A stretch of DNA of 64,000 nt from Takakia lepidozioides (Eukaryota > Plantae > Bryophyta): contig CM060734.1 of NCBI GenBank assembly GCA_030704615.1, positions 48,112,001 to 48,176,000 on the forward strand. Reading direction: 5' to 3'. Under the pieces are notes generated by a model. The model ran no database searches. It worked only from the letters and a program-made list of their open reading frames with translations, and had not been told where the DNA came from. Each line of letters opens with the position of its first letter. Position 1 is the first letter of the stretch. Of the stretch, positions 49,741-62,047 are shown one piece after another. Made by a program: the position numbers and the translations under genes.

Positions 49741-51099
49741 CCAAAATATGGGGGAATCCCGAACCTAGCTTTGCATCCAAACCTAACTTGATTCTTCTAT
49801 GATGAGGGGAAATCGTGCACTTGTAACACTGAGAAACAGGTTCGGATGGTCAGAAACCTAGGAATATTCGCATAAATATGCAAAAAATATTCTTTTTTTG
49901 GGTTCTGCTCATGCTTTTTTGTGCTCATTGCTCATAGACAAACAACCCCCTCGTCACGGTAGTCTGAACTCAAGGAAGACAAAAATAAATAAAAATAAAA
50001 ACACAAAGCCACCGTTGCCCGCCGCTTGGAGGTCATCCCATTGTCGCCCTCGCCCGACAGCTCATTTTTAAGAATAATTTTAAATTTTAAAAAATTGTCA
50101 TGTGTGCAATGTACATAGGCCGTCACCTTGACAATGGGATAAATAGGGTCACGTGAAAATAATTAGTAAACAAAATTACTCGACATAAAGTCACTTTTGG
50201 ACGTAACGTCCGACTTATTGGCGCCACGTCACATCATAATTGACAACTGTGGCACAAGTAAAGAAGGATCTGTCACACACATGGTGCTTGTCCGAGGCAT
50301 CGAAAATGAGCTACATTCTTTATTTTCTTCCTACACAAAATTTTCAATAGTTTTATGCAATCTGACAATTAATATAATTATCAATTATATCAAACTCTAC
50401 TAGATCATACCAACTCGGCATCGATCTCAACTCCAGTCGGTGGATCTCTAACATATAGACGACCCTCGAGTTATGGTCCATAGAACTATAAAAATCCAAG
50501 GTGGTCATCACCTCCACACTTGGAGCGTGCTAACTAATAAATGAAAAATTCAAATCATAACATTGAAAAATTCTCCCAAAAAAACACCAAAAAAATAGAG
50601 TACAATCCTCGTATAGTACTAACAAATGTTTTAGTTTCATAAGCAAACCCACAATAGACATTGGTCTTACTCTAAACCATGATGGCTAATAAACCACACC
50701 TTCACAGATTGGATGAACTTTTTGTTTTCTAAATTATCCTCAAATATATTTATTTATAATAAAATAAATATTTGTTTAAAAAAAAAAAACACCTAATGTT
50801 GTTGTACTGTGGTTCCCAAAATGTATCCTTAGAATGTTGTGCCTTTGTCTTGTGATGATCACCTTCCAGACAAAACCTTTCATCAGTACATTGCTCTACC
50901 TAGAAGTTTCATTCACATTCTTCAGATTAGATGTGAGTTAAATTTGATTTGCTTTGTCTTTTATCTGTTGACAAATTAATCCAAATCAATCCATGGCTCC
51001 ATAATTTACTGCAATAATGCACCCGCACAACTCTACTATTTAATATATGAGGCCACAAACAAAGGTGATTATGTTTGACAAAACCTGAGAGCTCTGCAA

Positions 51100-54000
51100 C
51101 ATGCGGTGAGGTGACCTTAGGGACTTAGTTCGTTTCTGGCTGTCGACGTTCAGCAACTCCTCGGTGAAGCTCTCTGGCTACATAGTTTACTGTAATCCTC
51201 GTTTGGCGTGCAGCTCTCTTAGGATTCCAACTGCTTCTACGTTCAACACTCTTTTCTAAGCCCTGTTTAGTGATTAAGCTTCATATGTGAGGGCAGTGTA
51301 GAATTTTCTATGTCTAGTTTCTTTCCCTAGCATCCTAGGGGCTGTGTTCTTTCTTCAATTTGGGATGAAGATTCCCTTGAGGCATAGTTTACTATAATCT
51401 TCGTTCAGTGTGCAGCTCTCTTACGGCTTCTTCTGCTTCTGTGTTCAACTCTCATTTCTAAGCCCCGTTTAGTGTTCAAGCCTTATTTGTGTCGTTTCTT
51501 CTTCAGCTCTGGAGTGCAGTGTAGTTTTCTTCGTTTGGTGCTTCTCCTCCCCTAGCGAGGCTGCATGCTGTGATCTTTCCTCACTTCGAGGATGGTGAGC
51601 TTGTTGGCTGGGGCAGGTGGTGATTTTCGCTGAGCATGAGGATTCCCCATTAATTCAGTTGCTTTCCAGTCAGTATCACTGCCTCGTCGTCTCTGACTCA
51701 ATCGGTCTCGTACGCTGTTTGGTGCTTCTTCGGGCGGTGTCTTCTCATTCGCTCACTCGGTCCCCGGATGCCAGTGTTCAATTTCCTTTCTCAAAGAACT
51801 CTTCTTGTGCTCTCTCTTTGAATTGGTGGCTTCCCTTCTTAGTCTATCCTCTGGCCTTGGTCTCTGATTCATCTCATTACGGGTAGTTAGCTGTTTTCCG
51901 TCTCCCCGGCGTTCACGATTGGTCTGGGCTGTGCATGCCGTCATCTTGTGCTCTGTGTTTGCTGCATCCTGGTTACGCTGCTGTGGTTTTTTCAGCTTTC
52001 GGGGTTTTGAATCTTCTTCTCTTATTGGGCCTTTAATTGGTTTTGTGTGCTTTCATCATCATGCAATACCGAGGAATTTCCTATGGTTGTCGTGGTAATG
52101 GTAATCGTGGATCCTCTCATCTCATGAGAGGAAAAGGCAGGGGTAGGGGTTGGTTCCCCTCTGGATCTTCTGGGGAGACCTCAACATCTTCCCTCCCCTC
52201 GCTGCTGGGCAAAGGCCCTTACCAAGTAGCCACTCCCCCTGTGTGTGCTAATGTAGAATCCTGAACATGTGGATCTTCTTGATGCTGATGAGACTATTCA
52301 CCCTATCAACATGGAAACTGTTCGCAGTCAAATCTCTGAGCTCCAATCTCGAGGAGTAGTGTTTCACTTTCCTGGACGATTGAAGAATAGGGACTGGGTC
52401 AGAGAATGGGTTGTGGAACATATAGGTGGGGAGGATCAGCTGAAGCTGTTGTTCTGTCAACCTATGGGTAGGGGATTCTTTGATGTCATGTTTGAAACCC
52501 AGGAGGCCGCGTCTAGGGCTCTTTCCTTTAACCCTCATTTTTCTAGTCACAAGTTTCATATATTCCCATGGAATGGTGTTTTTTGTCGCCCGCGTGTCAT
52601 CTCTCTCTCCTACCTTCCTTGTCAGTATCTTGCTTCTCTTCCAGAAATAGGCACTTGTTTTGGGGACTACCTGGGCTGCCTGAATGTGTTTGATCCCGAA
52701 GCCAGCAATTCCATGGTGGCTGAAATGACTGGGTGGAGCATTTTGTCCAATATCAGTAAGTGCTCCTAAGATTGTTGTTCTCATGCCAAAGTCTGCCATT
52801 GTTCCAAAGGCCATTCGCCTTCCCTCCCTGGTAGCAACCTTCATAACTGTAGCGGTCTTTAAGGAGCAGTTTTGCATGGTGTGCCACGGGTGCAATGGTG
52901 TGGGGCATTTTCTTGCTGATTGTCCTCTATTGAAGCGCAAGTGGGAAGCCAAGGAGGCTACCGCAAAGGCTGCAGCAGTAGTCACTAACTTCAACAATCC
53001 TGCTGATCCCTCAGTTCTAAGATCTCCCACTCCCTCCTTGGCTGTCATTCCTCTAGATTCTTCTCCCTTGCTTATGCTACCTACCAATTTTATGGTTGGC
53101 TCCTCTTCCTCTCCGGTCCCTCGTTCTCCAAGATCTGAGCGGCAGAAAACCCCTGTCAAAACCTCTCTTCCTTTTCTTTCGCCTAGGGCAGACATGGCTT
53201 TGGGTCTTTCTCCTAGTATCTCTCACCTGGAGAACTTTATTCTTCCGTTGGTTTTCTCCATTGCCCATTTTTGGGAGTCCACAGTTCCAAGTTTCAGGGA
53301 TAGCTTGGCCACTAGGTGTCTGAGGTTGAGATCCTTTAGCAATTTGCAACTGACCCCCTGGTCCCCAATCTCTGGTATCAAGAAATGCAATGCCATCATT
53401 TCTATTACTCCAATCATTTATCAGCTGGTCTTAGGTTCTCCTCAATTTCTGCTCACAGATCCTGTTTTGGGGCTTGCAACTGCTTGGGTCACCCATAATG
53501 ATTTTTTGGAGTTTCCTGGTCTGGAGCAAACAGTGGATTTGATGATAAAAAAAATTCACAACCTTTTTGCTTCAGAAATGCCTTTATTTGGCTATGAATC
53601 CTAGGGTCACTCTTCATTTTGGCTCCTACTTGGTGGATAATCACAAGCACTCCACCTTTTCCACAGTTCAGGTGCTTGTTGTTTTAAACCACCGGGAGGT
53701 TTCTAAATGTCATGGGGAGAATATTGGGGGTTGCTGGTCCAATGGTAGTGAGATCCTAGCGGACTTTGCTACTTTGATGGATCCTTCAGAGCTGGTTTTG
53801 GCCTCGCGAGCCCTGGCTACAGGCTGTCTTCTGATTGGGCCATTTGTGCAAAAAAAGATCTGGATAAGGGTAAACAATTGCTTATTGAACTTGAGCCTGC
53901 TGAGGACAGCTCTCAAGGTGACATTGACTCTTTCCTAAGACCTTTCCAGGAGTTTCCCCTGACTCCAGTTGGGTCTCTGGCCCCAGTGCCCTTTCTCATC

Positions 54001-56580
54001 ACGGATTACCCTCCTCTGGTATTATTCTCCCCTACCGTCCTCTCCCCAGCACCGTGTGTTGTTCTTGATGTCTTTTGTGGGACTATTCCTATTGCTTTGC
54101 CAGTCCCGCTGGTCTCTAAGCTGGTTCCTTTCTTCATTCATGCTCCCCTCCCTAGGTAGCGATGCCTTTTACTTGTTTCTGCCTCCGGTAAGCGGCACTT
54201 GCCCTCACTGCTGCTCTTTGACTCTGACATTTGTCATCCTCAGGTAGTCACCTTTGACTTGGCCATTCTCTTGGGTTTACCAGTGATGTCTCTCAGTCTG
54301 TCCTTCTCCACACATAAGCGTCAATTTTGCATCTCTCAACTTGGTAAAGCAAGGCAGGGGCCTTTGCTGGTGGCTTCGTGTAGCTTTTGTCCCCGTGGCA
54401 GCAGCCTTCACACCTTTTTTCGTGGATTTCGTCTCTCCCCTCTCATGACAAAAGAAGCAATTTTTTTTTTTTCGCATCCCTTCAGGCCATCTCTTCAAGG
54501 GGAACCCTTGAGCCTACATGATGACCTCCCTCCATGAACCTCTCTCTCCATTCTTGGAATATTAGGGGGTTGGGCTCTGACTCATCTACTCCTAAGCGGG
54601 TCAGGCTTAAACGTTGGGCCTCTTCTCTGATCCCCTCTCATGCTATAATTCTTATTCAAGAGCATAAACTTAACGCGCTCAAGATCTCTTCCTTAGGCAG
54701 TCAATTCTGGCCTGCCTCGACAGCTTGGTGGGATGCCACCCATGAAGGCTCTCGGGGGGGGGGGGAATGGCCATTCTTATTGGGGCTTCCCTTCTTCCCT
54801 CTATCTCCTCTGTTTCTACTTGGGTTTTGAGTAGGGTCCAGTGTTTGTTGCTTAATACTCCCAATAATGAGGGGTTGCTTGGGATAGTTAACATTTATGT
54901 CCATAATTCTTCTCTAGATCGCGCTCAGCTCTGGTGCCTTATTAGGTCTAAAATCTTGTCTTTAAATCATGTTGAGCATTGGATTCTAGCGGGGGATTCA
55001 ACATGGTTGAAACTCCCTCTGACAGACTTGAGCTAGACTCTAATGTTATCTCGCTCTCTGAACTACATGAATGGGAAGCACTTACTCTTTCGGTGGGTCT
55101 TGCAAATAGTTATTCATTTCCCCTTTCTCCCGCTTTCTCATGGTCCAACAATCGTGCCCCGCCAAGCCTGTGCATGGCGAGACTTGATCGGTTCTACTTT
55201 TCTTCTTCCATTTCCACCTGGTTCCACTACCTTCCCATGAGTCCTATCTTGTCTGATTTCGACCACGCCAAGATGAGAGCCAAGGTGGTTACACCAGGGG
55301 TTAAGGCCAGAGGGAGAGGTTTCACTAAGATTAACATAAGCATTCTCAAGGATCCAAAATGCTTAGAGGCCATTAGTGCTTGCTGGTCTAAAATTGCCTA
55401 GCTTTTTTTCATCTCCTACCATGAAGTTTTTGTCCAAGTTGCAGGCTTGTAGGAAGCTTTGCATCTCCTTGGCTAGGGATATGGCTTTGCAAAACAATTG
55501 TTATGAAGCTGCTTTGGTTAAGTGTCTTGCGGTCTGTCAAAAGAAGTTAGATGGCAAAACGGCATGGTCCTCAGACTCTCATTACTTATGCTCAAGCTAA
55601 GCGACGTCTGAAAATTTTGCAGCAATCGAAAGACCAATCCTTGAAAATGAAAGTCGGGATAGATTGGTCCTTAAAGGGCGAAAAGATGACTGGTAATTTT
55701 TTTTTAAAGGCAAAACAGAGACGGGCCTCTCAGACTTTTTTGTCCCTCAAAGATCATCTGAATGTATCTCATACTCATCCTAAACAAATTAACTCCATCG
55801 CAGAGGGGTTCTTTAGTTCTTTATACTCTGCTGACCCTGAAACAGACGGTATGAGGCATGCTCGAGCCTCGGTCTGTAGCAGAATCCCAATCATCTTGAC
55901 GCCACTTCAGGGGGATGATCTGAACCTTCCTTTCTCTGTTATTGAATTGGGTGATGCTCTAGATGCTAGATGGCATCCCAGCTGAGTTTTACAAGTCTAT
56001 GTGGTCGACCATCTCTGAGGACTTCCTTGAGATGGCCAATGACATTCTTGCCAAGAATATCATGCCATCTCAAATCTCTCAAGGGGTCATTGCCTTGATA
56101 TTCAAGAATGGAGACCATGAGGACATTGCTAATTACTGACCTATCACCCTTTTAAATGTCTCGTACAAAATCATTGCTAAAACCTTGACCCGCCGTTTGC
56201 AATTGCTTCTTCCTTCTCTTATTCGGCCTGCCCCAACCGGTTTTGTTAGGAAGAGGATGATACTCGACAATATCATCCTAGCTTATAATGAGGCCTTGAG
56301 TTATGCTGCAGTGTCTAATCAACCCTTAGCCTTGCTTATGCTTGACTTTGAGAAAGCCTTTGATCGGATCAATTGGCACTTTCTCATAATGGCCATTCAA
56401 GGCGCAAGTATACATTCTGGATAGTTGTCTTGGGTCAAACTTCTGCTCTTCTCTGCCTCCAGCAAGGTGTTAACCAATGGATTTTCTCTCAAAATCCTTT
56501 GCCCTTCAACGCTCTATCCGTCAGGGCTGTTTTTTTTTTTTTTTTTTTTTCTTTTCTTTTGGCTGCAGATTGTCTGGCAA
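51100..56580 (+). mobile_element. Decayed, 3'-truncated L1-clade LINE (5' UTR, ORF1, ORF2 EN-RT)
   Basis: ORF1 ~52060-53600 (PMGRGFFDVMF, CHGCNGVGHFLADCP knuckle). ORF2 from 54534 (SWNIRGL, IQEHK, NIYV, LAGD/FNMV, ARLDRFY; RT PITLLNVSYKIIAK, GFVRKR, LDFEKAFDRINW, LLAADCL). Confidence 0.92.
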
Positions 56581-56814
56581 CGACGCTACCGCGTGAGCCT
56601 GGCGCGTGAGCGTGTGAGCGTACGCTCACACAATGATGACGTGGCGTGAGCCTACGCTCACGCTGCTGACATGGCGCTGATGCTGACGTGGCGTGAGCCT
56701 GGTCCAGGTCATGCCACGTCACCACAAAGAAGGTGGGCCTATAACCGTGGAGCCCCGAACTGCTGATTTCACCACATGAAGGTGAAACGGATGAAGGGTT
56801 TTGGGCTTCTGGAG

Positions 56815-57052
56815 TTCAACCTTCTGTTAACAGGAGCTTCATTTCGTAGAACTGAAATGAACCTCGTGTCGACACAAGGGGGATTTGGAGAACTTCAACA
56901 AAACCTCGTGTTAACACAAGGTTGTTTTCCTGGAACAAAAATGAACTTCGTGTTGACACGATGTTGTTTTCTGAGAACTAAAATCATCCTTGTGTCAACA
57001 CAAGGAGGATTTGGAGAACTTCAAGTAAACCTCGTGTTGAGACGAGGTTGAT
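56815..57052. repeat. Six imperfect palindromes AACCTCGTGTTAACACGAGGTT at an exact 42-bp period, just 3' of MULE gene 1
   Basis: Cores start at 56819, 56861, 56903, 56945, 56987, 57029. Confidence 0.9.
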
Positions 57053-57231
57053 TTGATCATCTGTCTATCTGAAGGTAGTTTCTTGTGTTTGCTAATGAAA
57101 AGAGAAGGACAAACCAATGCGACAAATGCATTGACCCACGCATAGCAAAGATGTTTGACGTCATACATTGAGAGTCACTGGATTTGAACAGTCATTCCAT
57201 TACAAGTTGTAGTCAAGGAAAACACCGATTT

Positions 57232-60200
57232 TTATGGGTTTGTATCCCGCTGTAGAAGTGTGTTGACTTCGTTGAAACTCATAGTGGCTTGGTGAATGAA
57301 GAAGTCGCGCTTTGGATCACAAACCATCCTTCTCAAGAAGACGAAGTAAAGGTGTTTGCACGGTATGAACTTCCCTCTCTTTCCCAAACTACTTGAAAGC
57401 ATACCAACAAAATCTGGACATGTACAATTGGGAAAATTGGAAACAGTGATTTCGTACGTCCTGTCCTGCAGCGCAGATGCGGATGAGATCATGGTGAAGA
57501 CCCGACCATACCCTGGATCAGGCACTTCCATTGTTCCCGCAACACGAGCGTGAAGCATTCTGGCGGACTCAATTTTGCCGTAGTGTTCTGCGGTTGGAGG
57601 GAACCGTCGAACAAGCTTCCCGTTCCGTCTGGTTGGCCACAAGTGAGCGTCAGGCGGAGGTACCCGTGAACCGCTTCCACTTGAAGCACCTTCACGTGCA
57701 ATGGAATGTCTGGCTAGGGAGAAACCCGCCTCTTCTAGCATTGCAATCTCTCGGTGAGTGAGACCTGTGCCCATCTTCACAGGCCACACGGTTGGTGGAG
57801 TAGGCTTCCTTACCACGGAAGGCCTCACTGTACCATGCACACATCTCCAACAATCGTCAGCGCAGAACCAGAACTTGTGGTTCTTTGCCTCGCCTTGTCC
57901 GTAAGGGAGAAACAAACCCGTGAATGTAGGAGCTGCAGTGCGTTCTTTCCCTCTGGAGATTAATGATGTACATTTTTCATGATTGGTGGCCCTGATCGCC
58001 GCGCATTTCACACGAGATCCAGCACTTGTGCGTTCTATATACCAAACCTCATCCAAGCCCATGGACTCGATTATATGCGGCACCACGTTGTGGTCTTCAA
58101 CCATTGCAGTGACAATGCTTGATGCAGGGGTCCGGTCTGGGCCAGAGTAGCCCTCACCTGTGGATGTTCCGCAATTCCATCTCTGATCCAAGTGAACACG
58201 TGGCGTCGAGAAGTTCACCCTGTCCGGCCTATGGGAATCTGCATCCGATCCGAGAGGGGGGTGTCCAATTTCCGTTTGCAAGACCCGAATCTTCGCCTTC
58301 CAGATGGGGAACTCTTCCCACGAGAGGGGTGCCATCTGCACATATGCTCACTGCCTGCGCTATTTTGCTGGGATCCCCTGATCTTCCAGCTGCCCGCAAC
58401 ATCAACTCGCTCCTGTCCGGACCTTTGCCACCAAGGCCACCCCTCAAGAATGACCTATATCTGGTTTGCTGCTGCAGAGCACGAATGAGGTCATCGGCCG
58501 TCGCCGCATACAAATCTCTCCCTTTTTTGCCGGATTGCTGCAACCAGGCATTGTGCATTGTCTCTGCAAGATTGCAAGAAGGCATGTCCGCCATCTCCTC
58601 AATGGACATATGCTGCAAGGAAAAAAAACAGAAACCCGATATTAGGATTGGACCCTGAAAGATATATCCGAAGCACCCAAACGAAGGTGAATACAAACCA
58701 CTCACCGTTGTCATGGCCGCTCCCCACTGTCGGTAACGGAAGTGCCAAAATGCGAACCAGTCTTGCAGTGCCCTCATGCTGTCCTCCGATGCCGCTCCAG
58801 ATGAGTACCACCAGGCACGAATTGTCTGGAACAATGTATTCGCTTCCCCCATAGTTTTGGCGTCCTTGTACTGGTTGCACAGTTGGCGATGCATAGTCTG
58901 CATATCTGGCTTGATGTATGTCTTTGTGTGTTTGTCCAGGGATTGTGTCCAATGGAAAAGACTTGTACGTTCTCTTCCAGGCATTGGCACTTTTGGGTCT
59001 CCCGTCCCGAACACAATACGGACAGCGTTGAAGTTAGCTTGAGCACTATCGGCCATGAAACCAACGAAATTGGGAGATGGGAGACCATTGGAGGCCATAA
59101 CTCGAATGAGAGCTTCCCACATGAGCTGTTGTGAATCTGTGTCCTCTGACTGCATGTCACACACTGCAATTGTCATGACCCGCTGGTACACAGGGTCGTA
59201 AACATGACATGCCATTGTGGTCCAGTCTTTAACCCTCTTGACATGATCGAACATAAGGAAGCAGTTGCCAAGATCACCACCCTTCTGCATACGTTTAACC
59301 AGGCTGACCCCGCTGCCCTCACCTTTTGTGGACATTTTGAACAAGAACACTTTCCTGGCTCCTTGTCCCGGGAAAACGCTGTCTTGGATGTAGTCATACA
59401 TGCTCCTTTTCTTCAAATCCATAATATTGTCCATATAACCTCGGCTCCCAGAGCCCATTCTTAAAGCGTTCACCTGATTCCTAATGTTTGGAGAAGTCAA
59501 AGTTGAGAAATGGTCCATAACAGTGTCCAAAGCCGATCCCTCCAGTATTCCTCCAACCGAATTTGATGCACACAGAATACGGCTTTCCAGAAAGGACTTG
59601 CTCGCCCCCATGGCAAATGCAGATGTGGTTCCAATTGGATTGGTATCCAACTCTTGCCTTATCAGACGCGAGACTGTGTCAACGCTCTCCCTATAATCCC
59701 CCTTGGACACAGGGTGGTTGTGAAAACCGAAATGGACACAGGCTCTAGTCAGGTTTTTGAATCGATGCACCACATAATACATTCTGGCGCCACACAAAGC
59801 AAGGCAGCAAGGTGGTACCCTACAGAACTTGCACACAAAAGTGTTACTGTATGGTGGTGTCACCCCAGGCTTGAATGGATTCTCACTGACACCATCCCAT
59901 TCGCTTTGGTTTTGCACACCTGACAATGCGAAGTGTCTGCATTTCATATTCTCGCATTTCAGGTGCCCATTACAGACTATTCGCCTGAATATGAGTTTGT
60001 CGTTGTTGTGAATATTGGAGGTTTTTGTGCGGCACCAAGGGTGCCCATCGTGCTTTTTGTCCATTCCTTCCAGGAGACTAGAAATGCCCCCCAAGCGGCC
60101 AGGAGGAGGCAGCTCGAAAACAGTATTACTATCAAAAGATTCCGGCAAGAATGCCACCCTCTGAATATTGAAAGTGCTCCAGTCTATCCCCCTCAACTCA

Positions 60201-60816
60201 CTCTTGAAACCTGCCATCCCTCCCATGGCTTTCAGTTTAGGAATGACACTGGTGATCTCCTCCACATCTGCTTCTACAGGTGGACATGGCTGATCCACGG
60301 GCGGTATTGCACATGTGTCATCGGAGGATGAGTCCGAAAGCTCAACTACAGTGTTAACGGTACTCGTCTCCTTCTTGACAACCACGGGTGTTTTCTCCTG
60401 GGCCACTGATGTTGCCGTGCCAGGAGTAAGGAAAGATCCTGCAGACTGTCTCAGAGGGGCACTGAGCACCCTGTATCTGCCTGGAGGCACTCTCCATTGT
60501 GTGGCTGGTGCAGTATGCGAAGGGTTCTGGAACACGTACTTGAGAAGTTGGCATCGTACACTTCCCTTTGAAGGAATAGAGTTCCATTTTCCAACCGAAA
60601 TTGCGTTGCGAGGACGTGTTCATGCACCAACGCAAAACCATCATCTTCCACCTCGTAAGAAAATGGCACAGGGTGGTCCTCATTGAAGAAGTCCGCGTCA
60701 AGGGAGCCCATGGCCTGGGAGGCCATATGTCGATGTTGCTTCAGAAAGTAGAGTTCACAGTCCGACCGTGCTTGTGAATGCAAATTGTGTGGGAGCGGAG
60801 TTTTTGGCGTCCTCAC
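57232..60816 (-). mobile_element. MULE-type transposase 1 (WRKY/GCM1-like zinc domain, DDE core, SWIM), frameshifted
   Basis: WCRTKTSN...CNGHLKCENMKC...CKFC...HFGFHNHP; FLMFDHVK (D), FMADSAQA (D), SLFHW, NLAETMH (E); SWIM CTCPDF...CKHLYFV. Intron 58705-58613; frameshifts at ~58250-58295. The 5' end is uncertain (possible exons to ~61390). Confidence 0.85.
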
Positions 60817-61494
60817 AGAGAATTGCAGGTATCGCTCCGGCTTGCAGATCTCCTAACGCGGGTTTCCACTTCTGTGAAATGTCTCCCCATGCAAACCAAG
60901 CGCATGGTCATAATGTCAGCCCTAATCCTAGAATCCAACTGTTTTTTCAGAAGTGCCCCACCAGTGCATTCGTTGACAGATTGACTGACAGAGCCGCCGT
61001 TTGGTTGTCATGTCAGAGAGGCCAGAAGAGATGCCCATTTCCATTTAATTTTAACGCTACCTGCACCGCTGTACAACTGTACACACTTGACATTCCTCTG
61101 GAACATGCCAGAATAACGAACTTTTTCAGATGGGAGGTGATTAGACCCCAACGGTTTTTGAATGGATGAGGATCCAATGATCTCCGCCGATATTTCATAA
61201 CGATTAGATGGACACGTGTTCGCCATGCATGTGGAATGAGTCAGTGGCGCATTGAACGTTGCGAGTGAACATCTTGGCGTTGAAGGCCTTGCGATGAACC
61301 TCTCATAGTCCTCTTTTTTCCCTCTTCTCGTTATTGTCTTTGCAACCCTGGATTCTGCAGAGACGGTGACCCCATTCCGAGGGAGAAGCAAGCGTCGAAG
61401 AACACTTTATTTCACATCAAAGAAGCAAAGGGCATGCGCTAAGGAGAGGATGAGGAAGGCGAGACGGGAACTTAGAATGGGAGAAGAACATCCG

Positions 61495-61890
61495 GCGTAA
61501 TTCGGCGCCATTTTTCCAGACACTGTACCAGTGCATGTTGGGACTTAGCCAGTTTTCGGCCCAAAAAAGAGAAATTCGGCACCATTTTTCCAGACACGGT
61601 ACCAGTGCATATTGGGACTTAGCCAGTTTTCGGCCCCAAAAAGAGAAATTCGGCGCCATTTTCCCAAACACAGGTACCAGTGCATGTTGGGACTTAGCGA
61701 GTTTTCGGCCCCAAAAAGAGAAATTCGGCGCCATTTTTCCAGACACGGTACCAGTGCATGTTGGGACTTAGCCAGTTTTCGGCCCCAAAAAGAGAAATTC
61801 GGCGCCATTTTCCCAAACACAGGTACCAGTGCATGTTGGGACTTAGCCAGTTTTCGGCCCCAAAAAGAGAAATTCGGCGCCATTTTTCCC
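61495..61890. repeat. Tandem array, 6 GGCGCC-type sites at 74-75 bp, between the two MULE genes
   Basis: Cores at 61504, 61578 (GGCACC), 61652, 61727, 61801, 61876. Unit gaaattcggcgccatttttccagacacggtaccagtgcatgttgggacttagccagttttcggccccaaaaaga. Confidence 0.95.
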
Positions 61891-62047
61891 GAAATGGCCC
61901 CACAACTGCTTCTGTTGGATCTCAGTTTGAATGGAATATTGCCTCATTCCAGGAGTTTTGGGGTGCATTTCATTACATTGCAAAAAAAAAGTCTGATACA
62001 GCAAAATGCATTTGAAAATATCCATATGGAGGATTCCGTTTGCCCCA

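Noticed and set aside
52248-53195. 315-aa minus-strand ORF
   Set aside because: Antisense to L1 ORF1, with no recognisable motifs.
56528-56560. Poly-T as a LINE tail or terminator
   Set aside because: It lies inside the L1 RT coding region (between SVR and LLAADCL), so it is a microsatellite expansion.
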